From NCBI GenBank assembly GCA_964036045.1, contig OZ038378.1:176080001-176144000 (forward strand): a stretch of 64,000 bases of DNA, in the 5' to 3' direction. The translations under genes were made by a program, and so were the position numbers. Under the pieces are notes generated by a model. That model did no database searches and had not been told where the DNA came from. It worked only from the letters and a program-made list of their open reading frames with translations. Source of the DNA: Eutreptiella sp. 'Long Island Sound 2002'. Taxonomy: Eukaryota; Protista; Euglenida. Numbering within the stretch: position 1 is the first letter of the stretch; each line of letters begins with the position of its first letter. Shown one piece after another: positions 10,446 through 23,285 of this stretch.

Positions 10446-13400
10446 CCCGGAGCAGAAGGACTCCACCCGTCGCGTCCCGCAGGAGAGGCGCAATGCATAC
10501 CGGATGCCTGCACCTGGCGCGAACTCTTGAGGGAGTGCTGGCGCTACGCGTGCACCGGGCGCACCTTCTGAGGTGGGTGTTGTATTCCGGACTTGGCACT
10601 AACCCCCTCCCCCCTCCGAAACTGAACATCCCCCAGTGTCCATACCCCCCCTGGGCTTATTTGAGCAATTTCGCCGAATGTATGCCCCTCCGAGAAAAAA
10701 AAACCAGGTATGGGGAGCCATCCAAGTTCAACAGTCCCGCCACAGTCTGTCATCTTGGCAGCGCTGATGCCAGACTGTCACGCCTTGTCAACCTCTTCCG
10801 TCGCTCGGCACCCACCCATCCTTTACTGTTGTCATCAATCAACAGCCATTGCATGAAGCATCTTCCCATTGCCGATGCCTACACAAATTTGATGGGGATC
10901 AAACAGCAACTGTCACAACACTCTGCTACAGACACCCAAAAAATTCGCAAGCACGATGCATCAATTATTTCCATGTCACTGGGAAGCTTGCTGGCCAACC
11001 TACTTAGTCCCGAAAATTTGCGCACACATGAGGGCGGAAGGCGCTGGCATGTTTTAGCTTGCTGTTTCTGGGCTTGTCTGCCTTGTTTGTCCCCCGCAGT
11101 TGCCTCTTCATTGTTCAGCCCTGCGTTTGTGTGCTGAATGCCCCCACCCACATTTTTCATATCACTATTTTGGTCATTGCTGACAGCGTTGTTCTTGTTG
11201 TGGCCCGCATCAACCACAGACCCATAGTCAAAGGATCAGAAAAATTGCCACACAGCCCCCACACACCTATCATCCAGTCTCCCGCACGCCAGCGCTGCGG
11301 TGTGGTCTATGGGGACTGCCTCATTGCCCTCAGCCTTGAAAGCAGACAGCCAAGATTTGGGACGTGCCGGGCCTTACCATCGGGGCCCGGAGCACCGGGC
11401 ACACACTGCCACCTCCCACCACTACCACCACCCACCCACTCACCCACCCACCCACCCACACACAGGCACCATGATTACGTCTCCTGCAGACCTACGGGCT
11501 ACAGTGTGGTCCATGGGGCATGCCTCGTTCCGGTCAGCCTTGGAACCGGACCGCAGGGATTTGGGACCAGTGCCGTGCAGGGATGGCCAGGTAGTCCTGT
11601 TTTCCCCACCGACGGCGTGTCCCAATCCCCCCCGCAACCCCCCCCCCCCCCAACACAAATTAGAGGCTGCGCTCCTTGGTCTCCTTCAAGCCAGATGAAT
11701 GGACACGGGTTTGGCAATACCCCATTGTGGCCCTAAGTGCCCTGAAGGCCTTGTGCAATATGTCCCAGTGGATATCCAGTGGTTACTCGTGGAGCCCACC
11801 CCCCTGGTACTAGCTGCTCTGAGAGTACAGAGCTCCTGCACCGCACACCCGTTTCACCCGTGCTTTCGCTATGGCAGTGGCAGCCCCCTATCCCTCACCA
11901 GTCTGAAGAGGCGACCAGCGCAAGGCAGGTGAGAAATTCATCTGCGGGGGGGGGGGGGGGGACTCGAGCCCCCCGAAATAGTGGTGGGGAAAAGGGGCTC
12001 CCATGACTGCGCAATACTAGGGAGGGGGACGTTGGTTGTAGGGTTACCCTTAACTATCCCTACATCTTACCTCATTCTGCCCCTTGCTTCGCTTTTAGAG
12101 AATGCAACCCCCCCCCCCCCCTCCCTTCCAACCAGGTCTGGTTTGGAGAATGAAGATACAATCAACCCGTTTCATTTGTGAGTGCCCCTCTCTTTGAGGT
12201 CCCTCCTTTATTGGGGGGACCCACTTTGTTAGATTCAGACTCCAGCAGTGAGTCTGAGATGTCACGGTAATACCATAAGAAAAGAAATGGTGCCAATGGG
12301 AGGCCAGGGTGGGGCGCTGAAAAATTGTGGCCACAAAGGACTGGGGGCCATGTGCTCTTCAACAAAAATACCACCACCATTGGCAGCAGTGTTGAGTGTT
12401 GTGTATGGACTACAAAACACTGTTCGTCATCAATGTGCATCACACCACCCTGTTCAACCTGGACAAGGGTCTTTTTTGGGGCTTGTGCCCCCTGGGAAAT
12501 AGGCTCAGTCACGGGAGCCCCTTTTGGTGGGGGGGGGGGTTGGGAAAAGGGGCTTGAGTGACCCCCGCCCCCTGCAAAAGAATTTTTCTAAGGCCCAGCC
12601 ACGCAACAACACACGGCAATGAGGCAGTCCAGGTGGAAGGACTCTATCCACACCCTTACCCATACCCATACCCACCCACCCCACCCCACCCCATTCTACT
12701 CTCACCTTAATTGGGCCTCACCTTAATTCCTGAGCTTGGTTTACCCTGTCGAGGTTTTACACCCCTTCTTAGGGTCCAAGGATGAGCAACACAACAGCAG
12801 CAGCAGGCGGTGAAAAAGTCCTTGCGGGGACATAGTGGCTCAAAACGGGCATCAAAGTAGCTCAAAACGACCGTAGGGCAAATACGCATCATCACAAACA
12901 AGTTCAGCTACATTTTGAGCCGTCTAGCCCGTTCTATGGCCAATTTAGTGTCCAAAAAAACAGGCGTTTTTGGGCTATTTTCACGACGATCGTCCTGAAC
13001 GTTCATGACGATCGCCGGTGCGTCAAGGGGCGTTTTCAGCGAGGGCCGTTCTTCTTCCATAGGGATTGGCCTATCAAAGGAATGCAAATCGGTGCTCTAT
13101 CAGGCATGCGCCATGCGGTGGTGCCACGCGGTGGTCCATTTTAGGGTGAAAATGAGCCGCTTTTGAGCCGTGTTTCACAATGATCGTCCTGACCGTGTAG
13201 GAACACGTTGAAAGCAAGCGGTCTTTTTCACGGTGATTTCCAATGCGTTCAGCAAGACTAGGACCCAGCTCGGTCCTAGTTGAAAGTCTTGATTAAGTCT
13301 CACTCTCACCTCCCCCCCTCCCAATCTCTTCTAAGGGGACCTCAGCTGCCTCTGCATCCCAAGCCTTAGCCCCAAGAGAAAAGTGCTGATTTAAAGATAC

Positions 13401-14060
13401 ACAGAATTCAAAATTTGAGAAAGTTGCCGAGGCTCACACCGCTACACCCTGCGGCCAGCTGTTTTGCTGGGTTCAACACTGATCTGCTGCGATGAACCCA
13501 AGTCCCGTGTTGGCCGCGGTGATCTGCTTCGAAGGCTGTTGCCCCCAATGTACATCACTTCCCCTGTTGAAGCGCACCTGCAACAACGTGTTCTACTGAG
13601 AATCTGAAGGCAGCAGTGTGTACCCCCGCCCCCCGTGCATAGTAATCGCCCTTGCATAGTAAGCGGGGGGGGGGGGGGGGCGAGGGAACCGTCACGTCCT
13701 GTTTCACAAATTTACTCAGAAGGTCGGATACTGAGCTTTTCCTGTGCGTTTGCTGGCTGGACAAGGTGGTATTATGGATGCATTGCTGTGTACATCAGAT
13801 TTCTTGCATCCAAGGCACTCCACTGTAACCCCCCCCCCCCCTTGTAATAGCCACGCCCTTGTCCAAGCTACAGTAGCCGCAGGGAGTATTAATTCCGTAC
13901 TTTTGCATAGCTATTAAGAGGGGCTGGGGGTACCTTGTATCATGCAGAACACTTCAGTGTTTTGCAATTTCAGCCATAGATGTTGATCATATTGAAACCA
14001 GCCAGCTGGTGCTGTTGTCAATTTCCAACCTTCTGCCTGCCAAGATTGTGCTTGCCACAG

Positions 14061-14288
14061 GAGTTGGAGCCCACTGCCAAGCCCCCTGCCAAGCCTACGC
14101 CCAAAGCTGCCAAACCTCGTGCCAACCCCTCAACCAAGAGTGCAGCCAAACTTGCTGCCCAGGTGGCAGCCAAGTCTGCAGCTGGAGAGCCCATTCTTGT
14201 GGCCCCTGTAGAGCATGTGCAGCTCTTCAGAGTCAAATACTCCCGGCAGAAAAAGTGGCACACAGAGCCTGTTTCTGAGCAGAACTGA
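14061..14288 (+). other. Coding-like segment: K/A/P-rich linker plus EHVQLFRVKYSRQKKWHTEPVSE
   Basis: cacag|GAG acceptor, and homology to a second module at 14772-14951. Confidence 0.4.
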
Positions 14289-14771
14289 ACATGCATCCCA
14301 ACAGGCCGTTCCTGGTTCATTTTGTGGTTCATATGCCCTTGTGTCTGCATGACTGGTTTCGTGTCGCGCATCCTTTGCATAGTAATGTGGGGACTTGGGG
14401 TATGTTCCCTCAGGGGAGCGAGGATACTGTCGCGCACAGGTGATTGCTATGCAAGGGGGGGGGGGGGGACACAGTACACAGATACTCTACACATCTAGGA
14501 ATGGATGTATGCATCCATTCCAGGGCATATCATCATCACTCTGATAGCGCTCCCAAAGCAGCAAAACTGGGGCATCAACCGATGTGCAATGTGGTCTGAA
14601 CCACCAAAACCCCTTCTGCCACCCCTGGTTAGCCAGGTGGTGCATGCGAAGGCGTGCAATTTCGTGACATGTCAAGGGACTGTGCGTTCCTTGACCAGCG
14701 GTTCTATTGCTTGCCACGTCTGGTTTCGACCTCCGTTTCGCCATTTATCATGTATAAACCATTCTGGTGTG

Positions 14772-14951
14772 AAACGAAAAGCTGCCCCTGAACCTGCATC
14801 CAAGCGTGCCAGGGCACCTGCCCAACCTGCAGCCAAAGAAGGTGCCGCCGAGCGTGTGCAGTTGTCCCGCATGCGATACAAGCGGGGCACTGGGTTTCAT
14901 TCTGGGTTTTATTCTGAAGCAATGCAGAAGTTATGCACTTGCACCAAATGA
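14772..14951 (+). other. Coding-like segment paralogous to 14061-14288 (ERVQLSRMRYKRGTGFHSGFYSE)
   Basis: 10/24 ungapped amino-acid identities, same reading frame and same K/A/P-rich lead-in. Confidence 0.4.
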
Positions 14952-17029
14952 ACCCATTTGCTTCATAATTTGACAGATTCCAGAGTTCTGCAATGCTGCG
15001 TTGCTGCGTGTGTGCTTGCATTTGCGCCCAGACACACGTTGGACTATGGGGGGCGCGTCATCTCCCATTGCTGAACAAGTGGGGTGGGAGCACAATGGTT
15101 GTGTATGCCAACGGGACCCCACTCCGATGACATCAGGGATGCATCTTACATTGCCATACATTTCTCACAGGGTGCTCTTAGCACGGTGCTCGCACCGTGG
15201 CCGCACAGCCCAAAGTTTGGGTACCCCTAGGGACCATAGGGTAAATGCTGTGCTGACCCTGAAAGGTGTTGTCCAATGGGGCCCATAGATGTTGCACCGT
15301 GCAGGCGCACCCAGTACCTAATGGCCTCCAGAAAGAAGGTGCAGCATGTGCAGACCCCTCAGCCTCAAGCCTATAAGCCTTGCAATTGAGGGATAAGCAT
15401 GCACAACACTGGGTGTTGAAGCATTGGGTCACAGCAAAATGCAGTCACTCATCTGTAGGAAGCACCGCCTCCGAACAAACATCGTTCTCCTATTGCAGGA
15501 CGAAAGTGGTTGGTCAGTGCGCTTGGGGTGCGCTTGGGGGTGATTTGGACACCGCCCACACCACTTGGCCAGCACCGAATGGCAAGAGATGACTAACCGC
15601 AAATTTAAAGGGTACTGAAACTTGTGGGTGCTAGCCTGAACATTGCGTATGAACACAATATGACACAATCATGTCAAACATCCGACATCAACATTGCACA
15701 TAAGATGTCTAACATGCCACATACTCTTCATCTTCTCTTCAGAACCCCTATGGACGGACCGATGGAGTACGTCAATATGGCTACATAACCCCTGCCTTCT
15801 CGGTGTCCCCATGGTGTGGAGAAATCAACCTGGAATGGAGTGGATGTGGTGGAAATGAGCACAAAATGTGTGAAAGGGGGTGAAAATGGGTGAAATTGGG
15901 TGAAAATGCCATATTCCCAATGTGGAAGAAGCATCAAACCCGCTATTAAACAACAATGATGCGTAGAGTATCACAAAGTATGGTTTTCTAGTACAACCAC
16001 ACCAACCCTCCCATTTTTGCTGGTACCGTGATAAGTGACGGCTGACGTCAAGGACATGCCGTTTTAGGCTGTCGGACAACAATACTTGAGTATGTACACC
16101 AGTATGTAGGCAAACGGCACACCTACAAAAAATGGGCACAGCAAAAGCAGCTGTGAGCTTGTAATGGTTTTGCTTGTGTTACTTTGACACAAGGTTGAGA
16201 TCGATCTCCCTGCAACATTTTTCAGTGAAAAAAATGAAAAAAGGATTTGCATGTCAGATTGCATTATTTACACCCCTCGGCTACTTTGCACCCCCATGGC
16301 TCGGGTAGTAGGGGTTGCCTAATTTTAAGGCCGTTTGGAAGGGGCGTGCTTGGGGCTCTTTGGGGGGGATCTAGTCTAAAATTAGCGCTCAGTGCGCGCG
16401 CAGTGCAGGGATTCCTGGGTCCATCAAAGTGAGATGGAGATTTCCTGTGCATCTAGTACGAGGTGATAACAAGATGGTGGTGCATGATTGCCTAACCAAG
16501 ATGGTGGTGCCTAACATTGGCACATATGAGTGTGCCAAGCAGCACCAAAGTGACGTCATGGCCATGCACCTCCGTTGGGAAAGCGCCAGCCAACAATGAC
16601 GGGTCCAAGTACCCACATCTGATTACCTTCGTACCTCCGAAAACGCCTTTGCCGTTAAGGTGTGGCGGTTGCTTGCCGCACTAGAGAGCGCTTCCTCTTC
16701 CTTGTATATGACCTATGGGTCTGTGCCTTGTGCCCTATCTAACAGGGATCCACTGTATCATATACTTGAGTTGCCCAATTTCCAAGAACTTTCTTGAGTA
16801 CTCATGAACACTTCGAGTCAGCCCCCCCCCCCCAAAAACAAAAATAGCAAGATGGTGGTGCATGATTGTGCCTTGTTTTTGCCCCCCCAGATTAATGCAT
16901 AACCCACAGAATCATGAAGCTGTTTTTGGGTGTGGAGCATACTGGTGGGACAACATGGGACAATAGTTGTCCCTCACCTCAGCTCTCTCAGTGCTGTCGC
17001 ACCCCACTTTGCAATAATGCTTAGACACA

Positions 17030-17721
17030 GGGGGAACGTTAGTGCCCCGGGCGCGCGCCGGGCATCTTTTGTGACCCGTGCCCCACCGGTGGACTGTTGT
17101 CGTTGATATGTTGGGCAACATTGTATGGATTTGCCCCTCGGCCCCCGGGACATCAGCAGATGTTTTGATTTGGGATGGGTATGGACCTTCTCGTACCTGA
17201 GGTGATTCTTTGATTTTGAATTTGGGGGCCATGATGGTGCTTATAAAGGCCGGATTCATGTCATTGTGCCATTCATTGGAAGAAAGAATGGCACTTTGAC
17301 AGCCCGCCAACAATGTTATAATGACGTGCACGGGTGGTATAGGGCACGCATTGAGCAGCTATTTGCTCGGTTGTGGCACGCAAGATGAGGCAGAGGATGA
17401 GGCAGAAGTGTGTGTGTTGTGTTGCCAGAAGCGCTCCACCGTCGCAGTTTGTGATGAGTGTAAGGAGCACTATTCTACTGAATGTATTGACACCCACACT
17501 TGTGGGACCAATGTTGTTTGTTAAGTACAATACAGATGACAGTTGGAGTTACTGAATTCACAGATATTGCTTTATTTTGCAACGTGCTTTGCAGGGAAGG
17601 TGCGCAGTGCAACGTGGTCTATTTGGGGGGCCTTCTCCATCAGAGGGTAAATCTCGGGCTGAAGTCGGGGTAGTTAATAGAAAGGTAGCGCGCCGGGCGC
17701 GCGCCGGGCAAACATTCCCCC
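17030..17721 (+). mobile_element. 692-bp non-autonomous PIF/Harbinger-like DNA transposon
   Basis: TIRs GGGGGAACGTT / AACATTCCCCC; flanks ACA|..|ACA (match extends to ACACA); internal DDE_Tnp_4-like fragment and a B-box-like Cys/His motif. Confidence 0.85.
17102..17388 (+). pseudogene. Disrupted Harbinger/IS5-type DDE transposase fragment
   Basis: VDMLGNIVWICPSAPGTSADVLIWD, then after a stop/frameshift GGHDGAYKGRIHVIVPFIGRKNGTLTARQQCYNDVHGWYRARIEQLFARLW. These match the D..G / PG..D / DgaY / N..h...R..IE..F motifs. Confidence 0.8.
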
Positions 17722-19803
17722 ACACAACATATGTTCTGTATGCATTGCCACACAGTGGCAGTTGGCAGGGGTTGCAGCCCACTGAGAAATGACAAAAGAA
17801 TACCATCCTGGCTGGGCTGATAGTATGGTGCTGGACTAGTATCATAGATGTAATCCTATCAGAATCTGGTGGTACCCATAACCGTAATTGTAATTGTATT
17901 TGCCGGGCAGGGGCTTTTATATTCTGACTGTTGATGTGTGAGCTGTGCCACTGCGATAGTCGCCTCATTTGTATAGGTTTTCTCGGACCCCGCCCCATCT
18001 AGGCATGGCTTGGACTGGAGCACCACCTGGGAGATGTCCCTGGGTGTGCATGGCCCCAGCCGAGGCACACTGATGTCTCAAGTCCCAATAAGGTGTTGTT
18101 GGTGTCGAGTATGACCCATGCTCACTTTTCGCAGTGAGCTGGTGTAAACCTGCATGGGAGATAGGGCAATCTTTTTGCTACCCTTCATCTTCTCTAGTTT
18201 CACAGATTCTATTCCGATTTTTTGCGTGATGCCGGGCAATACAACCTTCGTAGCCAGCCATTCACAAAAACATCATGGTAGATTTCAGTGGCTCCCTTTT
18301 CTAGGTGGAGAAAGTATCATGATGATGATGAGATAAAGTTGATTATCAAGAAACCCAAAGCTGAAAGTGCCAGCAATACCCTCGCTAGGTATTGCTGGCA
18401 AAGACCACATGATCCCTCACCATGGCTCCAGCCCTAGCCACTAGTTTTCGACGTTGGCTACTTGAGAGGGATCATGAAGTTCGAAGCTCAGAATCCAAGT
18501 CAGCCACAAAGGCCACGGGGAAGCCTGAGGTTGTGGTGTATTGCCCAAGAACCTCAAGATATCAGGCGGCGTGTAGCCATGTTCCTGCTCTGTGCTTTGG
18601 ACACCCTGATGTGGTAGGGTTTAGAGAGCCATGGGGCCACCATATGAAAGCATGTGTGTACATTTTGTTGTATAGGCTACCTTGTTGTGGTGTCACCCTT
18701 TTAGGGCCCTTTCTAGGTTAAATGTGGTGCCCAAGGGGCAAACACTTCCTTGGGTGTGGCATGTGCTGAGAGAAGGTGCTTGCTTGTGTTGCACGCCATA
18801 TTCTGTCGCTGCCAAGCAGAGAGCAATTAAGCCTAGTACCATGCACCAGCACCAAAGCACAGTTGGGTCTAGAGAGTGTATGGTATGCAAATGTGCACAA
18901 GCAATGCAAAGTCACTGATATGAGTCGCTGATATGCTGATGCATGCTCACCATGCTGCCATGTATTCAGGTTAGAGAATAGTTGTTGGTTGGAATCGGGA
19001 CGGCGAAAACTTTTTTGGATCTCTCAACTGCTGCCCCAGAAGTGTACCTTGAACCCTGTTGAGAAATAAAACCATAGTGTGCCCAAAAAATCCCGCATGG
19101 GCATTATTGGTAGCCACAACCCCAGACACTTGACACCACTGGGGGGAACAACTGATGCAGTCTGTGCACATTCGATGACAATACTGTGTCCGAACTAGTT
19201 TCAAGGATGTTGGGACGAGCACCCTGTTCTCAAGCCTTGTTCAACACAATTTGAATCTACCAGGGGTTTCCAAGTGGCGTTGTATATTTATCATCCACGA
19301 GAACATTTTCTGAAGCCATGTTTCGCCTCCCCGCTTTGGAGACCCTGATACGGTAAGAGTTTTGTGGCCACGTCTCTGCTCTTAGGACATTGACGTATCA
19401 TTTCTCTACATTTTAGAGACCCCGGTACATTAGGTGTTATGTAACCAGGTGCCGATGTCCTAACTGGGTAGCATACCTTGCTCTAAGGGCCATTTTGAGG
19501 ACCACAAGGTGGAAAACCATGATGGGATGTACAAAGGGTGTGCACAGACATGTCAATCAGAATTCTATTGCATCCTTTGCCATTTTCGTTCTCAAGTCTG
19601 ATGTCACCTTATGACCCTTGGCGACATGTGCTTGATCAAGTTTGGGCGTCATTGATGCAGATGCAATGGAGGACCAACAAGATGATTCTGGCGTAGACCA
19701 CTTGTTTGAGCCTTTTGCAGACATTTGTCCAGCCAAAGGCTGTCAAAGTAGACATCGTATAATCTTCGACCCAGCACACGGGCAGTGCACGAGTGCCAGC
19801 AGA

Positions 19804-20190
19804 ACTGCACAGGGGCAGTGTAGGACTGCACAGGGGCAGTGCGGGACTGCACAGGGGCAGTGCGGGACTGCACAGGGGCAGTGCGGGACTGCACAGGGGC
19901 AGTGCGGGACTGCACAGGGGCAGTGCGGGACTGCACATGGGCAGTATCTGACGGTACAGGGGCACTGTGGGACTGCCAAGTGGCACTATAGGCCTGCACA
20001 GGGGCATATTGGCCAGTGTGGGACCGCCCAGGGGCAGTGCTGATGTACATAGGGGCAGTGTGAAACTGCTCAGGGGCTGCGTACGGGCTGTTTGGAGCTG
20101 CAGCGGGGCAAACTAGGATTGCATAGGGGCAGTGTGAGACTGCTCAGCAGCAATTTGGGATTGCACCGGGGCACTACGAACTGAACAGGG
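19804..20190. repeat. 21-bp minisatellite (actgcacaggggcagtgcggg), decaying rightwards
   Basis: About 6-7 near-exact copies followed by degenerate ones. Confidence 0.9.
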
Positions 20191-20219
20191 TGTGGAATTA
20201 CAATCATCACAGCACATTG

Positions 20220-20920
20220 AATGGCCACAAGAAGAAGAAGGACAAGCTTGTCAAGGATGCAACTTTGTGCTCCAAGCTCAAAGTATGTGGAATACCCCTG
20301 CTAGAGATTCAAAAACCACAGCATCACGAATGATGGCTATGGCTGCATCCTCTGCAACTAATTTTCGATGCCGGCCTAATGCAAGGGTAAATGATAGGGG
20401 TAATGATATCCAAACCCACCCCCCCTCCATGAATCTGTTGCCAGCCTCAAGAAGACACACAACCTAGTTCCCATCAATTTAAGCCTTCATGCCCAGTGTA
20501 CAAAGATGAAAGGTACAAAGATTTGGTGGATTTTTTGAGATATTTCAAGTCGTTGTCCTGGAATTGGCTGGTGGGTGCAAAACACGTTCAGCAAATTGAG
20601 CGGGAATACAATAGCATTCTTGATCTGTAGGTGCTCAGTCCCGTTAGAGTCTCTGCTTCTAATGGTGAGATCAGTGAGTGGTTAATAGGATGTTCACACA
20701 ACTCTCAGCTGACTTTCCTAGAAAAGGCCCCCAAAAGGATACACCCCAAAAAGGTAGGCGACGTAAGACAGAATACATGCTCATGCTTTTACATGGTGGT
20801 CCCGCAAAGCCTTGCCTCATTGGGAGAAGCAGAAAGGAGTCATGTGGCTGCGTAACCCTTGCCGTTTTGGAGTCTCAAGGAACGTACCACAATCTTGGGC
20901 TCCCTCATGGTCCTTTGTGG
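20220..20920 (+). pseudogene. Decayed coding-like remnant, possibly a transposase N-terminal Zn domain
   Basis: Stop-interrupted protein-like text such as YKDLVDFLRYFKSLSWNWLVGAKHVQQIEREYNSILDL and GRSRKESCGCVTLAVLESQGTYHN. Family not established. Confidence 0.3.
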
Positions 20921-21506
20921 CCTAGAACCATCCCGCATGCCAATGGCCCGGGCCATTCCAGCCGGGGTCCGAATTTGCAGAGTGGCAAATTCAAACGATC
21001 CGAACGGTTTCAAACAAACCAGTCCAGGTACCAGATGTTCACTCACCCCCCTGTTGCCAGTCTCTTCATGCGAGCCCCAGGCCAGACCCCTCACTTTCAG
21101 AGCTCATCAGTGTTCCAAGGTCCTGCACATTCAATGCTTCACTCCACTCGCTTTCCGTCCGCCCTGAACACGGGTGCCAGCACGCCTCTGGTGCCATCTG
21201 CTGCCACGATACCATTTGGCTCCAGTACAGCTGCGGGCTTGGGCCTTGCCGTCGTCCTATGCTTCGCCCTTGCTGGCCCCAGGTGGGGGGCATCTGCATC
21301 GCACATCACCCTTTGGACCGCATCTTCCGGATCCGGTACCGGTGCAATGCCGTCCTACACCAGCGCATCTACGGCACCGCAGGTCTGTTGGCTTGACGTC
21401 CTTCTTATCCCGCAGTTCTGTAGAGGCCCACGCCGCTATGCCCCTCAGCCCTTGCTGCAGGGCAGCACCTGGCAGGGTGCGCGTGTGGTATAGGGGCTGA
21501 GCTGTG

Positions 21507-21879
21507 TAGGCTTTAGGCTGCCGGACGTGTTTGTACCCACCTCCGCCCGCAAGCACGGCTTTGCCTAAGCACTGCAGCTTGGACGCGGCTCTGCTGCGTT
21601 TGGACAAGGTGGCCGCGGCTCTGCCGCGTTTGCTGGACATCTGAACAATGATTTCCTGCCGGTGGGATACCAGGGGTGACGGCCATCATCGGTAGGCTTA
21701 GGCTGCCGGACGTGTTTGTACCCACCTCCGCCCGCAAGCACAGCTTTGCCTAAGCACGGCGGCTTGGGCACGGCTCCGCTGTGTTTGGACAATTGGTGGC
21801 CGCGGCTCCGCCGCGTTTGCTGGACATCTGAACAATGATTTGCTGCCGCTGGGATACCGGGGGTGACGGCCATCATCGG
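21507..21879. repeat. Tandem duplication of a ~185-bp unit
   Basis: ggctgccggacgtgtttgtacc..ggccatcatcgg occurs twice back to back. Confidence 0.9.
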
Positions 21880-23050
21880 ATTATGGCTAAGCACGGCGGC
21901 TGACCGCAGTTCTGGCGGTTGTTTGTGAGCCGGTTGTGGTGGGAAAGAGGGACTGGGTCATGCCTGCGAGGACTTTTTTGTGCTCGTCACCAACTTGTTG
22001 TACGGAAGATGAGTTGTAAAAGAAGGGCGCGCCCGTGGCAGGTCCATGGGGACGACTGGTAACGGATCCGCTCGCGACTGCCCCCGGTGGGTTGCGCAGG
22101 GGTGAATATAATATTGACCGAATTATTTTGGTGGGGGTGGGGGTTGGGGTGGCGGGGGCTCTGGGGGCCCGAGATGACGAAATGACGGTTTCGAAACTCC
22201 TTTGTCCCTGTAAAGGGTAAATTTTGGTGCCGAATCCGCCGAATTCGGTTCTAAGGGGCCAAAAGTAGTCCAAAAGCTCGAAAAAACGTTCCTTTCAACA
22301 AAATGTCATGAGGCCCATCAAATTGATTAGCGGAAGGTGCTGAACGCAAAGATGTATGTGGTGGGGGCCAAAAATGACTTTTTTTTCAAGGGTAAAAAGT
22401 GGTGAAAATTGGCCAGCCGAATTTCGTTACCGTCATTTTGTCATCGCGGGGGGGGGGGGGGGGGGAGGGCTCTGGGGGGGGACCCTCCCGCCGCACTATA
22501 TACATTCCTGGATTGGCGTCTGCCATTGGCGGACGGGCTTCACCAACACGAAGGGTGTCGTTGCAGGATGACGGTTGTACTTGCATGCTAGGCCTGAGGG
22601 CGTGTTGAAGTCACTAGTCACTTTGACGTCATGTGACATGGGAACAAAAGAAAAAGGTGTTGTGTCCGACAGGTAAATCTGGATCCCCACCCTAAGGCCC
22701 TCTTTTTGGCACAAGCGGTGTGAAAGGGACGTGGAAGGGGCTCGACGGATGCACACCACAGAGCACGCACAACGACGGGTTGGTGTAGCAACCACTCATT
22801 GAACCTCTGGTTACACAGCACTTTCCTGATGTTGCTGTTATGTGCAAGGGTTTGCGGGTCTGTGGGACGAAAATCTTGATGCGCGTGGACCGAGGTGTGG
22901 ACCGAAGGACGAAAATTGACGCATGCAGGATGGCACACATCGGTTCTCGAGTTCCAGATATGGCTAGAAGGGGGGGGGGGCAGGCACGCATTAGAGCAAA
23001 AAAAAAAAAATGGAAGGAGGACCCCTCCAACCCCGGGTCCAACCCCCCCC

Positions 23051-23285
23051 GGGTCCGTGGTAAAACTGAGTAAAAAAAATTTTTTTTTACTCAGCTTCAA
23101 AACTGAGTAAAAAAACAATTTGTTACTTAGTAAGTGGGGTTTCTACTCAATTGCGAAACTGAGTAAAAAAATTTTTTTTTTTACTCAGTAAAGAACTGAG
23201 TAGAAAAAAAATATTTTTTTTTACTCAGTAAAGAACTGAGTAGAAAATTTTTTTTTTTTACTCAGTAAAGAACTGAGTAGAAAAA
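23051..23285 (+). mobile_element. Solo left arm of the foldback element found at 39563
   Basis: Starts with the identical GGGTCCGTGGTAAAACTGAGTA and the same actgagt(A)n(T)nactcagt modules. No partner arm seen. Confidence 0.8.

Noticed and set aside
13617-14478. ~35-bp inverted match (13617-13652 vs 14442-14478) as TIRs
   Set aside because: The match is dominated by a G/C run and no TSD was seen.
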